Below are positions 29,019 to 40,218 of a DNA stretch of 64,000 nt, one piece after another. The translations under genes were made by a program, and so were the position numbers. Under the pieces are notes generated by a model. That model did no database searches, was not told where the DNA came from, and saw nothing but the letters and a program-made list of their open reading frames with translations. Positions within the stretch are counted from its first letter, which is position 1. Every line of letters starts with the position of its first letter. This stretch comes from a virus (Duplodnaviria; Caudoviricetes), in IMG/VR virus record IMGVR_UViG_3300032007_000009; one strand, written 5' to 3'.

Positions 29019-30041
29019 ATGAGAAAATTTATTTTATGTTTGGTCATCATGTTTATGACCGTGTTTAGTGCTAATGCACAAATTGCTACAGAGAATTCAA
29101 ATGGGTTGGATAATGTTTATGTTGGTGTTACTGCCGGTGCATCTACACCACTTGATTTTAATTCAGTATTCCCAGTTAATCCTGCAGTAGGTGTTAAGAT
29201 TGGTAAGGAATTTACTCCTATCTTTGGATTTGAAGTAGAAGGTTTGGCTGTATTGAATGATAATCATTTTACAGATCTTAAGACAACAGTTAAGGCAACA
29301 AATCTTAATGTAAGTGGAGTATTTAATCTTTCTAATGTATTCTTTGGTTATGAAGGTAGACCACGTGTATTTGAAGTTAAGACAAATACAGGTATTGGTT
29401 GGCTTTATTACTGGAAGACTAATAAGAGTGCTTTAAGTTCTAAAACTGGTGTAGATTTTGTATTCAATATTGGAAAGCAACGCGCACATTCAATTATTGT
29501 TACACCAGCAATTTATTGGAATCTTAATAAACTTACTAATTTGGAATTTAATAAGCACAATGCTCAATTTGCTTTAATGGCTTCTTATATTTATCACTTC
29601 AAGACATCTAACGGAACACATCATTTTAAGACTTATGATATTGGAGCAATGACTGATGAGATTAATCGTTTGAATGATGAGCTTGCAAAGAAACCAAAGG
29701 AAGTTGTTGTAGAAAAGGTTGTTAATGTACCTGTTAAGTTGGATGAACGTGCAACAGGATTCGGTGTTAACGAAACAATTTATTTTGCATATGATAGTGA
29801 TAAGTTAGATGCTCGTGCAAAGGAAACTCTTGATAAACTTGGAGAAAATGGTGTTTATGCAATTGATGCATATGCTTCAAGTGAGGGTTCAACAGAGTAT
29901 AACTTGAAACTTTCTCAACGTCGTGCTGATGCAGTAAAGACATATCTTGAAGGTCGTGGTGCACGTGTTGATTCTGCTATTGGACATGGTGTACAATTTG
30001 GTACAACAACTGGTCGTGTAGCAATTGTTAGACTAAAGTAA
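29019..30041 (+). CDS. OmpA-family outer membrane protein (Bacteroidota type)
   Basis: Signal peptide ...SANAQ; beta-barrel N-domain; C-terminal IYFAYDS, YASSEG, YNLKLSQRRADAVK. Confidence 0.9.
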   Translation: MRKFILCLVIMFMTVFSANAQIATENSNGLDNVYVGVTAGASTPLDFNSVFPVNPAVGVKIGKEFTPIFGFEVEGLAVLNDNHFTDLKTTVKATNLNVSGVFNLSNVFFGYEGRPRVFEVKTNTGIGWLYYWKTNKSALSSKTGVDFVFNIGKQRAHSIIVTPAIYWNLNKLTNLEFNKHNAQFALMASYIYHFKTSNGTHHFKTYDIGAMTDEINRLNDELAKKPKEVVVEKVVNVPVKLDERATGFGVNETIYFAYDSDKLDARAKETLDKLGENGVYAIDAYASSEGSTEYNLKLSQRRADAVKTYLEGRGARVDSAIGHGVQFGTTTGRVAIVRLK

Positions 30042-30066
30042 TAATTTTATAATATTTTATTTTAGT

Positions 30067-30099
30067 AAAGAGTATACTTTTAAAGTATACTCTTTTTTT
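30067..30099 (+). terminator. Intrinsic terminator
   Basis: AAAGAGTATACTTT-T-AAAGTATACTCTTT plus T-run. Confidence 0.8.
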
Positions 30100-30161
30100 A
30101 TGCCTTTAATTAATAATCATATTTATTTTTATTTATATAATATGATATTTATTAAATTTAT

Positions 30162-33100
30162 ATGAGTAAATTTACAAACAATATAAAAAATGGATCACAT
30201 GGTGTTTTAAATGCATTAGGATTAAATTATTTAGAAAATAATAGTAGATTTGGATCAAAAACAAATACAATTACTCCAGGTGCACAAGGCGATATTAATA
30301 TGGTTGCATTATTTGCAGGTTTAGCTTTGGGTTTATATGATATAGGAAATATAAACCCTAATACCACTCCTGATAGATTTTATGAAACAATTAAAGGTTC
30401 AAAAAGTAAATCTATATATTGTTTAACAAAGAATATTTTTTCTACGTTATCAGAAACAAAAACTATTTTAATATCTATTAGAGATATATTAAAAACAAAT
30501 AATAAATCAAATGTATCTACTAATATTAGTAACTCATCAGAAAAAACATCTATGATGGTATCTACTCAAGAAATAAAATTTGATGAAAAAAGTGCTAAAG
30601 CATTTAACAATATTATTGATGGTATTATTAAACTTTTAAGTGCTTCAAATATTGATGATGCTAACATAAGGAAGTTTAAAGATATTATTGGGAACAATAA
30701 ATCAGATTTAAATGAATTATTTACAAATATTTCTAGTATCATTAATGGGGGGAATAATATTACTGGAGATATTGAAAAAATAGGAGATGCATTAAACTTA
30801 TTGAATTCAATATTAGATATTAAAAAAATAAATAGAAAATCATTAGATTATTTAGCTAAAGAAACTGGTGAAAATGGAACTATTGATATTATATTTAAAA
30901 ACATTATAAAATTATGTTCATCCGAAGTAACATTAAATAAAAATATTAATATATTAAAAAATATATTTGAATCATTATCAGTTGTAGCAAATATTGGATT
31001 AATACAAAGACAAAATATTAAAAAATCAGTAAAGTTTATAAAAAATGATATAATTGATTCATTAAAAGAAATAATTGAAAAAATTAATGATATTAGTGGA
31101 GGATATAATGAATTAGAAATTTCTATATCTAATTTAACTTCAATATTTAATTGTATTGCAGATATTCCCGAAATTGGTTTAAAAAAAAGATTATTACTTA
31201 GAAGAAATATTTTGTTTTTTAAAAATTATCTATTAGATTCAATTATAAGTATATTAAATTCTCTTATAAAAGTATCTAATAATGCTAATAAAGAAGGTAA
31301 TGAAGCATTAACAATTTTAAATAATCTTTTCAATACAATATTTAAAGTTGTTGATTTTAATTTTATAACTTTAATTAAATTAGACTTTAAACTTAGATAT
31401 TTAGAATCAATTATACGACAAAATATTTTTGAATCATTATTACAATCTATTATAAAAGAATCTTCAAATATTAAAAATAGTGAAGGGTCTTTAGAAGATC
31501 TTAATGATTTCTTTTTTACATTAGGAGATTTAGTAGAATTCATAAATAATATGGATTTAAAAAGTACAGGTTTTAAATTATTGTTCATAAATAAAAGTAT
31601 AATTGGTAATATTATTAATACAATTGAACTTTATAATAATTTATTAAGTGGTCAACAGATAAATTTAGATTCATTAAATAATATTAAAGTATTTTTTGAA
31701 AAATTTATTTCTGTTAGTGAAACAATCTTAAAAATAAAATATAAAGAATTATATAAAAACTTAAATGATTTAGATGAATTGATTGTATTAATGAGTCATT
31801 TAGAAGATTTACCAGATGAAAAACATTTAACAAATTTTCAAAATAGTTTAACAGAAATACTAAGTGCATTTAGTTTATATAATAATACTGAATTATCTCA
31901 AATTTTAGTATATTGTGAAGACAATATTGAAAAAGTAAACAATATTGTAATATCTCTTAATGATATAATTAAAAAATGGCCAACATTTAATAAAGATACT
32001 AGTAAGTTATCTGAATTTTTAAATGATGGTTTAGCAACTATTGTAGAAAGTTTTTCATCAAAAGGATCAATAGGTAAAAATTTAAATCAATTATCATTTA
32101 CAAAGGGTAAATTAGAAAATTTTAAAAATATTGAAGAATTTATAGATATTTTAGTTAAAATTAATGAAAGAACAATTCTTTTTAAGAACAATCCTTTACA
32201 AGGACTTGAAAATTCAACAGAAAGTTTAGTAAATATAATTAATAAATTTAAAAATGTAAAACAAGAAAATGTAGATAAAGCAAACACTGCAGTAAAAGGT
32301 TTATTACAAGTTATAACAATAAGTGCGGCAGTATTATTGATTGGTGCTTTAGCAATGACACAAATTAAATTAAGTAATTTAATAATGTTTACTGTTGTTT
32401 TAAGTGCTTTTATATATGGTATATCTACTATATTTAGTAAAATTAATTTAAAAGATGTAGAATTAAATATAGATACAGTTAAATCATTAATTATATTTAT
32501 AGGAGGGTGTGCAGCAATTTTACTAATAGGTTCATATGCAATGAATTTTATAGAACCTGCAGGTTTACTATTATTTAGTGTAGTTTTAGGAGTATTTCTT
32601 TTAGGTGTATCTACTGCCATCAGAATTGCATCTAAAAATTTAAAAGAATTAAAACAAATTATTAGTGATTATATAGATTTAATTACTGTGTGTGCAGGTT
32701 TATTGATATTTGGTTCACTTATAATGAAAATAATTAATTTAGGTGATATTACATTATTTATAGGTGGATTATTTATGATGATTGTTGGAACAGGTACAGC
32801 ATTTTATATTATTAATGAGTTATTTGATGGAAAACAAGATATATTAAAAAATATACATTTATTTAGTGAAAGTGTATTATTATTAGGAATGACATTAACT
32901 ATAGGATCATTGATTTCTTCAATGATTGGATTAGATAAAGTATTTGGGTTTACAACAATATTATCTGGCTTCATTATTATAATGGGAGGTATTTTCTGGG
33001 GATTATCTAAATTTGCAGGAGATAAAAAGGTATTTGATGATATAAAGAAATTTGGAGAAATGGTTGCATTATGTGGTGCAATATTAGTATTAGGCTCATT

Positions 33101-36100
33101 ATTGTCTGCATATTTATCATTCGAAAGTTTAATGAAGTTTACTGGTGCATTAATGTTATTTGTTACTTTAACAATGTTACCATTTTTAATATTTAAAAAA
33201 ATATCTTCAACTGTATTTGTTGGTGCACGTGATTTTGCAATATTAATGGGTATATCTACTGCAGTTATGTTAGTAGGATCATTATTTGTTAAAGATTTTG
33301 AACGTGTTAAAAATTCAATATTATTTGGTTTAGCATTAGGAGGATTTATTTTAATTATAACATTTGCATTTAAGTTTGCTGCAAAAGAAATCAAATCATC
33401 AATTGGTACAGCATTAGGATTTATAGTATTAGTTACTTTATCTACATTATTGTTATATATCGGGGCCGAAATAATGTCAGAAAAAGATACAGTAGAAAAT
33501 GCATTAATATTTGTAGGAGTAATGGCATTGTTTATTGGTGGTATGGGATTAATACTTGGTCTTATGGGACATTTCTGGAAAGAAATTGGTTTAGGATTAT
33601 TATGTGCAGTTGGTATAATGGCAATAATGGTTGTTGGTGGAATGTTAGTATTATATATAAATCAGATAAATAAAGAAGTTAGTTGGGGAGATGTTTTAGA
33701 AGGTGTGGGAAAAATATTTGCAGTTATAATATTAGCAGGTTTAGCAATAGGTGTAATTGGTGGAATATTGTTAGGTACAGGTGGATTGGCTGCTGGTGTA
33801 TTAATCGTTGGTGCAATAGCAGTATTGGGTATATCATTTGTTACACGTTTAGCTGCAAAAACCGTTAAAGAAATTATTGAAGTTACAAAAGATTTAAATA
33901 CTGAAGGCGCTAAGACTTCTATTGATAAATTATTTGATACATTAGGATATATTGCATCAAAAATGGTTCATATTTTTGATACAGAAAAAACAACAGGATT
34001 TGGTATATTTAATGGTTTAGTTAATACTAGTAAAAAAATTAAAAAGGGTATTGAATTAATGGGAGCAATTGCCGTGTATAAACAAATGGGTGAAATGCTT
34101 GCAGTACTTGCAGAAGGTGTAAAATGCTGGGCCGTTATGAAAATACCAACAAAATTTGACGACAAAGGTAAACCAACTGGATTTACCACACTTGCAGATA
34201 AAGATTTAACACAAATGTCAAATAATATATTAAGAGTTTTATTATCATTAGGACTTGCAATTACAAGTGTATATGATTCTGCACAAGGTAAAGAGATATT
34301 TGAAAAATCTTGGGGAGGTTTAGGAAATTCACCATTTGAAATTATAGTTAAGTCAATGTCAAAAACTGGTGTGATGCTAAGTTCAATTGCTTTAGGTGTA
34401 CAGCAATGGGCAAACTTAAAAGTACCTACAGAATTTGATAAAAATGGTAAACCAAAAGGATACATTTCATTATCTGATAAAGTTTTAACACAATGTGCAA
34501 CAAATATTCAAAATGTTTTAGAAGCAATTGGTAATGCATTAGTTAATACTGTTAAACAAAATCCTGAAATATTTAAAGATGGTGGTTTATTTAAAGATTC
34601 TCCTATAATGAATGCTGCTAAAGCAATGAAATTAATGGGTGAAACATTAAATCTTACAGCACATGTAATTGGTTGTTATGCATCAGGTAAATTTCCACAA
34701 TTGGATAAAGAAGGTAAACTTACATCATATGTAGATGTAACTGAACAAAGTATATGGTTAGCAGGATATAAAATTCAAACTGTATTAGAATGCATTGGAA
34801 ATGCTATTAAGAATACTGTTAATAACCCAGAAAACCAGGATATATTTAAAGATTCATTAGCTACTAATGCACCTGCAATGGTTGCGGCTAAAGCAATCAA
34901 TCAAATGGCTTCAGCATTAAATACTATAATTGATGTATTATCAAAGTTAAAAGATCTTAAATTAGAAGATTTAAACTTAGAAAATACAAAAAAGAAAATT
35001 GGGGATATTGTTAAATGGGCTATAGAAGTATTAAATATATTTACAAAAAAAGAATTTTTAGTAGATGGTAAAAATATAGCAAATACTGGTAGAGGAAATG
35101 GTGCATGGGATAAAATAGTTAATTGGTGGTCTGGTGATCAAACTGTTGGGGATTATATTAATGAAAATTTACCTGGTATGGAAAAATCCATAAATGGTAT
35201 AAATAATATTGCAAAAAATATTACAAATGTTGTTCAAACATTAAATGAATTAGGTAAACAAATAGCATCTAATAACTTATCTGCTATTAATGATAGTAAT
35301 AAAAAATTATTAATTGAGAAAATTGGAAAAATTATTGATATACAAAATAGTATTAGATCTATTGGTGATAATAAATTAGTAAACCTTAATAGATATATAA
35401 TATATAATGATAAAGTTATTAATGTAATTAAAAAAATAACTGATGTTGTTAAACAATATGATAATTTAATTAAAATAATAAATGAATCTAAAGCAATAAA
35501 TAAATCTAAATTAAATAATTTCTTTACATTATCTAAAACTGTTAATAATATTGCACAGTCATTAAATATTAATTATGGAAAAACTAATTCTAAACATTTT
35601 GATTTACTTTGTGAAGGATTGAAGAAGATATATTCAACATTTAATGAGTTTGAAGAAACTAAAGGATTTAAGTCATATGCTAATGATGTGTCTAACTTTA
35701 TAGAAAAAATTAATTCATTAGATTTAAATAAACTATCACAAATGAATTCTCTTATTAAATCAATGAATGAGTTAGCATCTAAGATGAATGGTTTAGATAA
35801 ATTAAGTGAAGCATTAAGTGATAATTTAACATTAGTATTGAGAGAATTATTATACCAGTTACAAAAGGCAGAAGCATCAATAAATAATGCCCATAAACTT
35901 CAAGAAAAACGTAGAGAATTAATCCAAGATTCAATTTATAAGATTAAGAACATAATGGATAAACATATGATTGTTGAAGTATATAATAAATCTGAAGATA
36001 ATAATACAGATTATAAATATGCATCATTAAATGGTTCTACAATATCACCAAGTACTAGTACAAGTAGTACATCGACTAATTCTGTAGCTGAATCAGTTTC

Positions 36101-36242
36101 ATCAACACCAGAATTAACTTCACCAGAAAATGCGGGATCTACAGAATTATCAAAAAATACAGAATCAAATAAAGATGAAACATTAACAAAAGATGCATTT
36201 ATTAATTTAATGAGACAACATATGAAATTATGGGATGCGTAA
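30162..36242 (+). CDS. Tape-measure-like protein (2026 aa) with long hydrophobic multi-TM-like region
   Basis: Large helical protein; ~500-aa hydrophobic middle; repeated WAxxKxPxxFDxxGKP units; TTATTTTTA upstream. Confidence 0.7.
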   Translation: MSKFTNNIKNGSHGVLNALGLNYLENNSRFGSKTNTITPGAQGDINMVALFAGLALGLYDIGNINPNTTPDRFYETIKGSKSKSIYCLTKNIFSTLSETKTILISIRDILKTNNKSNVSTNISNSSEKTSMMVSTQEIKFDEKSAKAFNNIIDGIIKLLSASNIDDANIRKFKDIIGNNKSDLNELFTNISSIINGGNNITGDIEKIGDALNLLNSILDIKKINRKSLDYLAKETGENGTIDIIFKNIIKLCSSEVTLNKNINILKNIFESLSVVANIGLIQRQNIKKSVKFIKNDIIDSLKEIIEKINDISGGYNELEISISNLTSIFNCIADIPEIGLKKRLLLRRNILFFKNYLLDSIISILNSLIKVSNNANKEGNEALTILNNLFNTIFKVVDFNFITLIKLDFKLRYLESIIRQNIFESLLQSIIKESSNIKNSEGSLEDLNDFFFTLGDLVEFINNMDLKSTGFKLLFINKSIIGNIINTIELYNNLLSGQQINLDSLNNIKVFFEKFISVSETILKIKYKELYKNLNDLDELIVLMSHLEDLPDEKHLTNFQNSLTEILSAFSLYNNTELSQILVYCEDNIEKVNNIVISLNDIIKKWPTFNKDTSKLSEFLNDGLATIVESFSSKGSIGKNLNQLSFTKGKLENFKNIEEFIDILVKINERTILFKNNPLQGLENSTESLVNIINKFKNVKQENVDKANTAVKGLLQVITISAAVLLIGALAMTQIKLSNLIMFTVVLSAFIYGISTIFSKINLKDVELNIDTVKSLIIFIGGCAAILLIGSYAMNFIEPAGLLLFSVVLGVFLLGVSTAIRIASKNLKELKQIISDYIDLITVCAGLLIFGSLIMKIINLGDITLFIGGLFMMIVGTGTAFYIINELFDGKQDILKNIHLFSESVLLLGMTLTIGSLISSMIGLDKVFGFTTILSGFIIIMGGIFWGLSKFAGDKKVFDDIKKFGEMVALCGAILVLGSLLSAYLSFESLMKFTGALMLFVTLTMLPFLIFKKISSTVFVGARDFAILMGISTAVMLVGSLFVKDFERVKNSILFGLALGGFILIITFAFKFAAKEIKSSIGTALGFIVLVTLSTLLLYIGAEIMSEKDTVENALIFVGVMALFIGGMGLILGLMGHFWKEIGLGLLCAVGIMAIMVVGGMLVLYINQINKEVSWGDVLEGVGKIFAVIILAGLAIGVIGGILLGTGGLAAGVLIVGAIAVLGISFVTRLAAKTVKEIIEVTKDLNTEGAKTSIDKLFDTLGYIASKMVHIFDTEKTTGFGIFNGLVNTSKKIKKGIELMGAIAVYKQMGEMLAVLAEGVKCWAVMKIPTKFDDKGKPTGFTTLADKDLTQMSNNILRVLLSLGLAITSVYDSAQGKEIFEKSWGGLGNSPFEIIVKSMSKTGVMLSSIALGVQQWANLKVPTEFDKNGKPKGYISLSDKVLTQCATNIQNVLEAIGNALVNTVKQNPEIFKDGGLFKDSPIMNAAKAMKLMGETLNLTAHVIGCYASGKFPQLDKEGKLTSYVDVTEQSIWLAGYKIQTVLECIGNAIKNTVNNPENQDIFKDSLATNAPAMVAAKAINQMASALNTIIDVLSKLKDLKLEDLNLENTKKKIGDIVKWAIEVLNIFTKKEFLVDGKNIANTGRGNGAWDKIVNWWSGDQTVGDYINENLPGMEKSINGINNIAKNITNVVQTLNELGKQIASNNLSAINDSNKKLLIEKIGKIIDIQNSIRSIGDNKLVNLNRYIIYNDKVINVIKKITDVVKQYDNLIKIINESKAINKSKLNNFFTLSKTVNNIAQSLNINYGKTNSKHFDLLCEGLKKIYSTFNEFEETKGFKSYANDVSNFIEKINSLDLNKLSQMNSLIKSMNELASKMNGLDKLSEALSDNLTLVLRELLYQLQKAEASINNAHKLQEKRRELIQDSIYKIKNIMDKHMIVEVYNKSEDNNTDYKYASLNGSTISPSTSTSSTSTNSVAESVSSTPELTSPENAGSTELSKNTESNKDETLTKDAFINLMRQHMKLWDA

Positions 36243-36265
36243 TAAAAAATATATAAAAGCGAGTT

Positions 36266-36445
36266 ATGAAATATTATAATATGTATTATAAAAATATGAA
36301 AATAAATAATCGTCCACTTAAAGATGAAGATTTAGAACCTATATTTAATTCAAAAAAATATATTATTAAACATAATTCATTAACAAATAAAAATGAACAG
36401 ATACCATTATCTGAAATACAATTAATAAAAACTATAGTAATATAA
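36266..36445 (+). CDS. Small hypothetical protein (59 aa, not in ORF track)
   Basis: MKYYNMYYKNMKINNRPL...KTIVI fills the gap between neighbours. Confidence 0.55.
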   Translation: MKYYNMYYKNMKINNRPLKDEDLEPIFNSKKYIIKHNSLTNKNEQIPLSEIQLIKTIVI

Positions 36446-36446
36446 T

Positions 36447-37082
36447 ATGTTTACATTAAGAGGAAGACAAGATGGATTTAGATTATTATTACCTAAAGAT
36501 TTTCTATGTCCAGAAATAGAAGAAAAATATACTAAAATACTTAAAGAAAAACATAGTTTCTTTATAACTCCAATAGATTTTGTAAATGAAACTATACAGA
36601 AAGTTGAAGTATTAGGTTTTGTAAATGGCACAATTCAACAGCAACAATCATATAGAGGAGAAAAACCATTAATTAAACCTAATAGAATTAAACAGAATGA
36701 TTTTATGTATCCTTCAGGAGATTATAGTTATCGTTCTGAAGTTTCTCCTATATCATTAATGGATAAAACATTAAATATTACATTTAGACACACAATAGGT
36801 TTTTTAAATTATTTTATATTATTTGAAAATTTTTGGTATTTATTTTCTCGTGATAGAAATTATGATGAAATAACAGATCAATTTAATGTTGATATAATTA
36901 ATGAAAAAGGCTCTATATATTCTAGAATTATATTATATCATCCATTAATGAATGGAATGGACATGCTTAGTTTAGATTATACTCAACCAATAGCACAAGT
37001 ACAATCATTTAATATTGAATTTAAATATTCTAATTTTGACTTTGAATTTATTGAGATAGAAGAGGATATTACAAGGTCTTAG
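36447..37082 (+). CDS. Putative tail tube/baseplate-initiator-like structural protein
   Basis: Follows tape measure; ends SLDY...FNIEFKYSNFDF, tube-fold-like. Confidence 0.4.
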   Translation: MFTLRGRQDGFRLLLPKDFLCPEIEEKYTKILKEKHSFFITPIDFVNETIQKVEVLGFVNGTIQQQQSYRGEKPLIKPNRIKQNDFMYPSGDYSYRSEVSPISLMDKTLNITFRHTIGFLNYFILFENFWYLFSRDRNYDEITDQFNVDIINEKGSIYSRIILYHPLMNGMDMLSLDYTQPIAQVQSFNIEFKYSNFDFEFIEIEEDITRS

Positions 37083-37170
37083 ACTATATCTAGATCATCT
37101 TCTAATGGGTTTAAACTAAATATGTAAATATATTTTATTGGACCAATAATTACTTTAATAGAAGAGGATT

Positions 37171-37220
37171 AAATAGTAAATATTTTTATAATTTTAATTT
37201 TATAAAAATGTTTACTATTT
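37171..37220. terminator. 20-bp-stem AT-rich hairpin
   Basis: AAATAGTAAATATTTTTATA / TATAAAAATGTTTACTATTT. Confidence 0.55.
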
Positions 37221-37295
37221 TATTTTGTATTTTAATATAACTATATTTTATTATAAAGTACAAAAATAATATTTAACAAATATATTAAATTAAGT

Positions 37296-38597
37296 ATGTC
37301 ATACGAAAAATTAAAATGGTGCGCTATACAACCATTAACTGGTGGTATGTATTTAGGTGCAGAAAAGGTTATGGGACATCCCGCAGAATTTATTCTTTCA
37401 TATCCAGGATTAGGTGATTATAAAGTAGATAAGAAGACTAATGAAATTTCTACAGTTAGTAATGAATATCATTTAATGAAATATTTAGATAAAGTTGGAA
37501 GACGTCCTGAATATAAAGTATTTGATAGAAAGATGTTTCAAAATGATAATGATTTGGAACCTACTATTATAAATAGTGATCTTTGGACTATAAATAAAGA
37601 TAAGGATTTGGATTTTTCAAATATGCATTTAGTAGTTGCTGTACCTGTATGTTCAGGTTTATCTACTGTTACAGCATGTTCACAAGATACTAAAGATACA
37701 CGAAATTGTAATATGGTTTGGATATCTAGATATGTTCTTAATGTAATTAAACCAAATATATATGTATTCGAAAATGCACCAACTTTTATGAGTAAGAGTG
37801 GTGATAGAGTACGTATTCAGTTAGAAGATATAGCAAAAAATACTAATTATTCTATATGTTATTATAGAACAGATACTAAATATCATGATAATTGTCAACG
37901 ACGTAAAAGAACTTTTATAGTTTTTTATAAAAAGGATTATTCTCCACAAATGGGATATGAACATATTGAAACTAATTGGAAAGAGTATCTTAGTAGAATT
38001 CCTGCAGATGCTACGCAAAATGAACCATTCTCATTTGAATATATAAATTGGCTTAATAAGTATTTTGTAGATTATCTTAAAGAAAAACTTGGTGATAACT
38101 GGAGATCTGAAATTGATTATGATTCATATAAATATATTATAGAAGGTAATAGATTTGCTGAAGTAAAAGATTATGTTAAGTCTCGTGAAGATATATCTAA
38201 TGATATAAAAGAAAAATGTTTTAAGGCATTAGATTTTATGAAATCTAAAGTAGATAATCATAAAGGTTTTTGGCATAAGATGCCAGGTCTTATGAAAGAA
38301 ACAGATAATGTACCTGCTATAATGTTTAGTACAATTCAAGGTTGTTTACATCCTACTGAAGATAGATTATTTACTCCTCGTGAATGTTTACATTTTATGG
38401 GTCATCCACATGATTTTGAATTGCAAGGAAATCCAAATAGAATGTATCCTCAAATAGGTCAGAATGTACCAGTAAGAACTGCATATTGGATTGTTTCAGA
38501 AGCAATGAAATCATTTAATAAAGAAAATGATTTAGAAGAAAAGAAAACAATTAGATTTTTCGATAATATTAAACAAGAAGAAGTAAAATATGAGTAA
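37296..38597 (+). CDS. C5 cytosine DNA methyltransferase
   Basis: LTGGMYLG (I), PVCSGLS (IV), FENAP (VI), QRRKRTF (VIII), RECLHFMGHP (IX), QIGQNVP (X). Confidence 0.85.
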   Translation: MSYEKLKWCAIQPLTGGMYLGAEKVMGHPAEFILSYPGLGDYKVDKKTNEISTVSNEYHLMKYLDKVGRRPEYKVFDRKMFQNDNDLEPTIINSDLWTINKDKDLDFSNMHLVVAVPVCSGLSTVTACSQDTKDTRNCNMVWISRYVLNVIKPNIYVFENAPTFMSKSGDRVRIQLEDIAKNTNYSICYYRTDTKYHDNCQRRKRTFIVFYKKDYSPQMGYEHIETNWKEYLSRIPADATQNEPFSFEYINWLNKYFVDYLKEKLGDNWRSEIDYDSYKYIIEGNRFAEVKDYVKSREDISNDIKEKCFKALDFMKSKVDNHKGFWHKMPGLMKETDNVPAIMFSTIQGCLHPTEDRLFTPRECLHFMGHPHDFELQGNPNRMYPQIGQNVPVRTAYWIVSEAMKSFNKENDLEEKKTIRFFDNIKQEEVKYE

Positions 38598-38709
38598 TTT
38601 TTTAATTATATTGGGTACTATATTTGGTATAATAAGTATAATAAGTATTGTCTTATTTATTTATGAAATAAGACGTGCTCCATTATTACCACCTGATGTA
38701 GATTTTTAA
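38590..38709 (+). CDS. Small single-TM protein (39 aa)
   Basis: MSNFLIILGTIFGIISIISIVLFIYEIRRAP. Confidence 0.55.
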   Translation: MSNFLIILGTIFGIISIISIVLFIYEIRRAPLLPPDVDF

Positions 38710-38730
38710 TTAATTTAAAATATAAATAAT

Positions 38731-40083
38731 ATGTTAACAAATAAAATAGGTTATTCTTATAACGATTTAACTATCGTTCCATCAATAATTTCAGACGTTG
38801 CTTCACGTTCTGAGTGTAATCCATTTATTGAAAATACTAAAAATCGGTTACCAATATTTGCGTCACCAATGGCAAGTGTTGTTTCTGAAAATAATGTTGA
38901 TGTATTTTTAGAAAATGGAATTACACCAATATTACCAAGAAACATTGATATTAAAATTCGTAAAAAAGAAATGTTAAATCAAACGTGGGTTGCATTATCA
39001 TTAAAAGAATTTGAAGAATTATTCATAAGATATGCAATTGATAGAGAAGGTGATTTTAGAACCCATTATTTTATTGTTGTAGATATTGCAAATGGACATA
39101 TGTTATCTTTATATGATAAATGTATTAAAGCTAAAGAGTTGGCTATAAAATATGGATATAAATTAACTATTATGACCGGTAATATTGCTAATCCTCAAAC
39201 ATATGAATGGATATGTAGAAATGCTCGTTATGAAAATAAAAGTGAAGGTGCATTAGCTATAGATTTTATTCGTGTGGGTATAGGAGGAGGCTCGGGTTGT
39301 ATAACTGCTAGTAATGTGTCTATTCATTATCCTCAAGCATCATTAATAAATGATTGTATTAAAGTTAAAAAAAGACTTTTAAATGAATATGAAGATATAA
39401 GTGCATATTCAAAAGCCCCAAGATTTAAGGAAGAAGATTTTCCTAAAATTGTAGCTGACGGTGGTATTCGTAATTATGACCATGTTATTAAAGCATTAGC
39501 TTTAGGTGCAGATTATGTTATGATAGGAAGCGTGTTTGCACAATGTATTGAATCGGCTGGTGCAAAATTTATAAGAAATAGTAAAGTATCTTTCGGAGTA
39601 CCTATTAATAGATATAAGAATTTTAGAATTGATACAGAAGAAAATGTCTATGGATATGATACTGATGAATATATTGAAGAAAACATTAAATCTTATAAAA
39701 CTGAATTAGATAATATTAAAGCCAAAGTTAATCTAGGTACATTATTACCAAATGATGCAGAATATAAATTGGCAATATTACAATACAATGAAAAAATAAA
39801 TAAGCTTAAGGAAGAAAAATTTATTGGACAACTTGATGTTAAGTTTTTTGGGATGGCGTCTGCAGATGGTCAAAAATCTATATCTGGTAAGAAAACTAAA
39901 ACATCAGAAGGAATTACTAAATATTTACCAGTTAAATATACATTAGCAGGTTGGGTTGAAAATATGATTAGTTATTTACGTTCTGCAATGTCATATACAG
40001 ATTGTAAAACATTAAAAGAATTTATTGGAACACCCGAATTAATTGTTAATAGTATATCGGAAATACAAGCAGTAAATAAATAA
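38731..40083 (+). CDS. IMP dehydrogenase/GMP reductase family protein (no CBS domains)
   Basis: ASPMASV, VDIANGH, GNIA, RVGIGGGSGCIT (catalytic Cys), ADGGI, LRSAMSY. Confidence 0.9.
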   Translation: MLTNKIGYSYNDLTIVPSIISDVASRSECNPFIENTKNRLPIFASPMASVVSENNVDVFLENGITPILPRNIDIKIRKKEMLNQTWVALSLKEFEELFIRYAIDREGDFRTHYFIVVDIANGHMLSLYDKCIKAKELAIKYGYKLTIMTGNIANPQTYEWICRNARYENKSEGALAIDFIRVGIGGGSGCITASNVSIHYPQASLINDCIKVKKRLLNEYEDISAYSKAPRFKEEDFPKIVADGGIRNYDHVIKALALGADYVMIGSVFAQCIESAGAKFIRNSKVSFGVPINRYKNFRIDTEENVYGYDTDEYIEENIKSYKTELDNIKAKVNLGTLLPNDAEYKLAILQYNEKINKLKEEKFIGQLDVKFFGMASADGQKSISGKKTKTSEGITKYLPVKYTLAGWVENMISYLRSAMSYTDCKTLKEFIGTPELIVNSISEIQAVNK

Positions 40084-40103
40084 TTTTAATACAAATAATT
40101 TAT

Positions 40104-40171
40104 AAAAAATATGTTTGATTATTTAATAATATATAAAAAATACTATATTATAAATATCAAACATATTTTTT
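40104..40171. repeat. 16-bp perfect inverted repeat enclosing a CTATATT element
   Basis: AAAAAATATGTTTGAT (40104-40119) / ATCAAACATATTTTTT (40156-40171). Confidence 0.75.
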
Positions 40172-40218
40172 TATGAAAGCAATTATAAAAGAATCATTAA
40201 TTATAAAACAATAAAGGA

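Noticed and set aside
31226-34465. Antisense ORFs inside the tape-measure-like gene
   Set aside because: Expected shadows of a long gene with biased codon usage; no independent signals.
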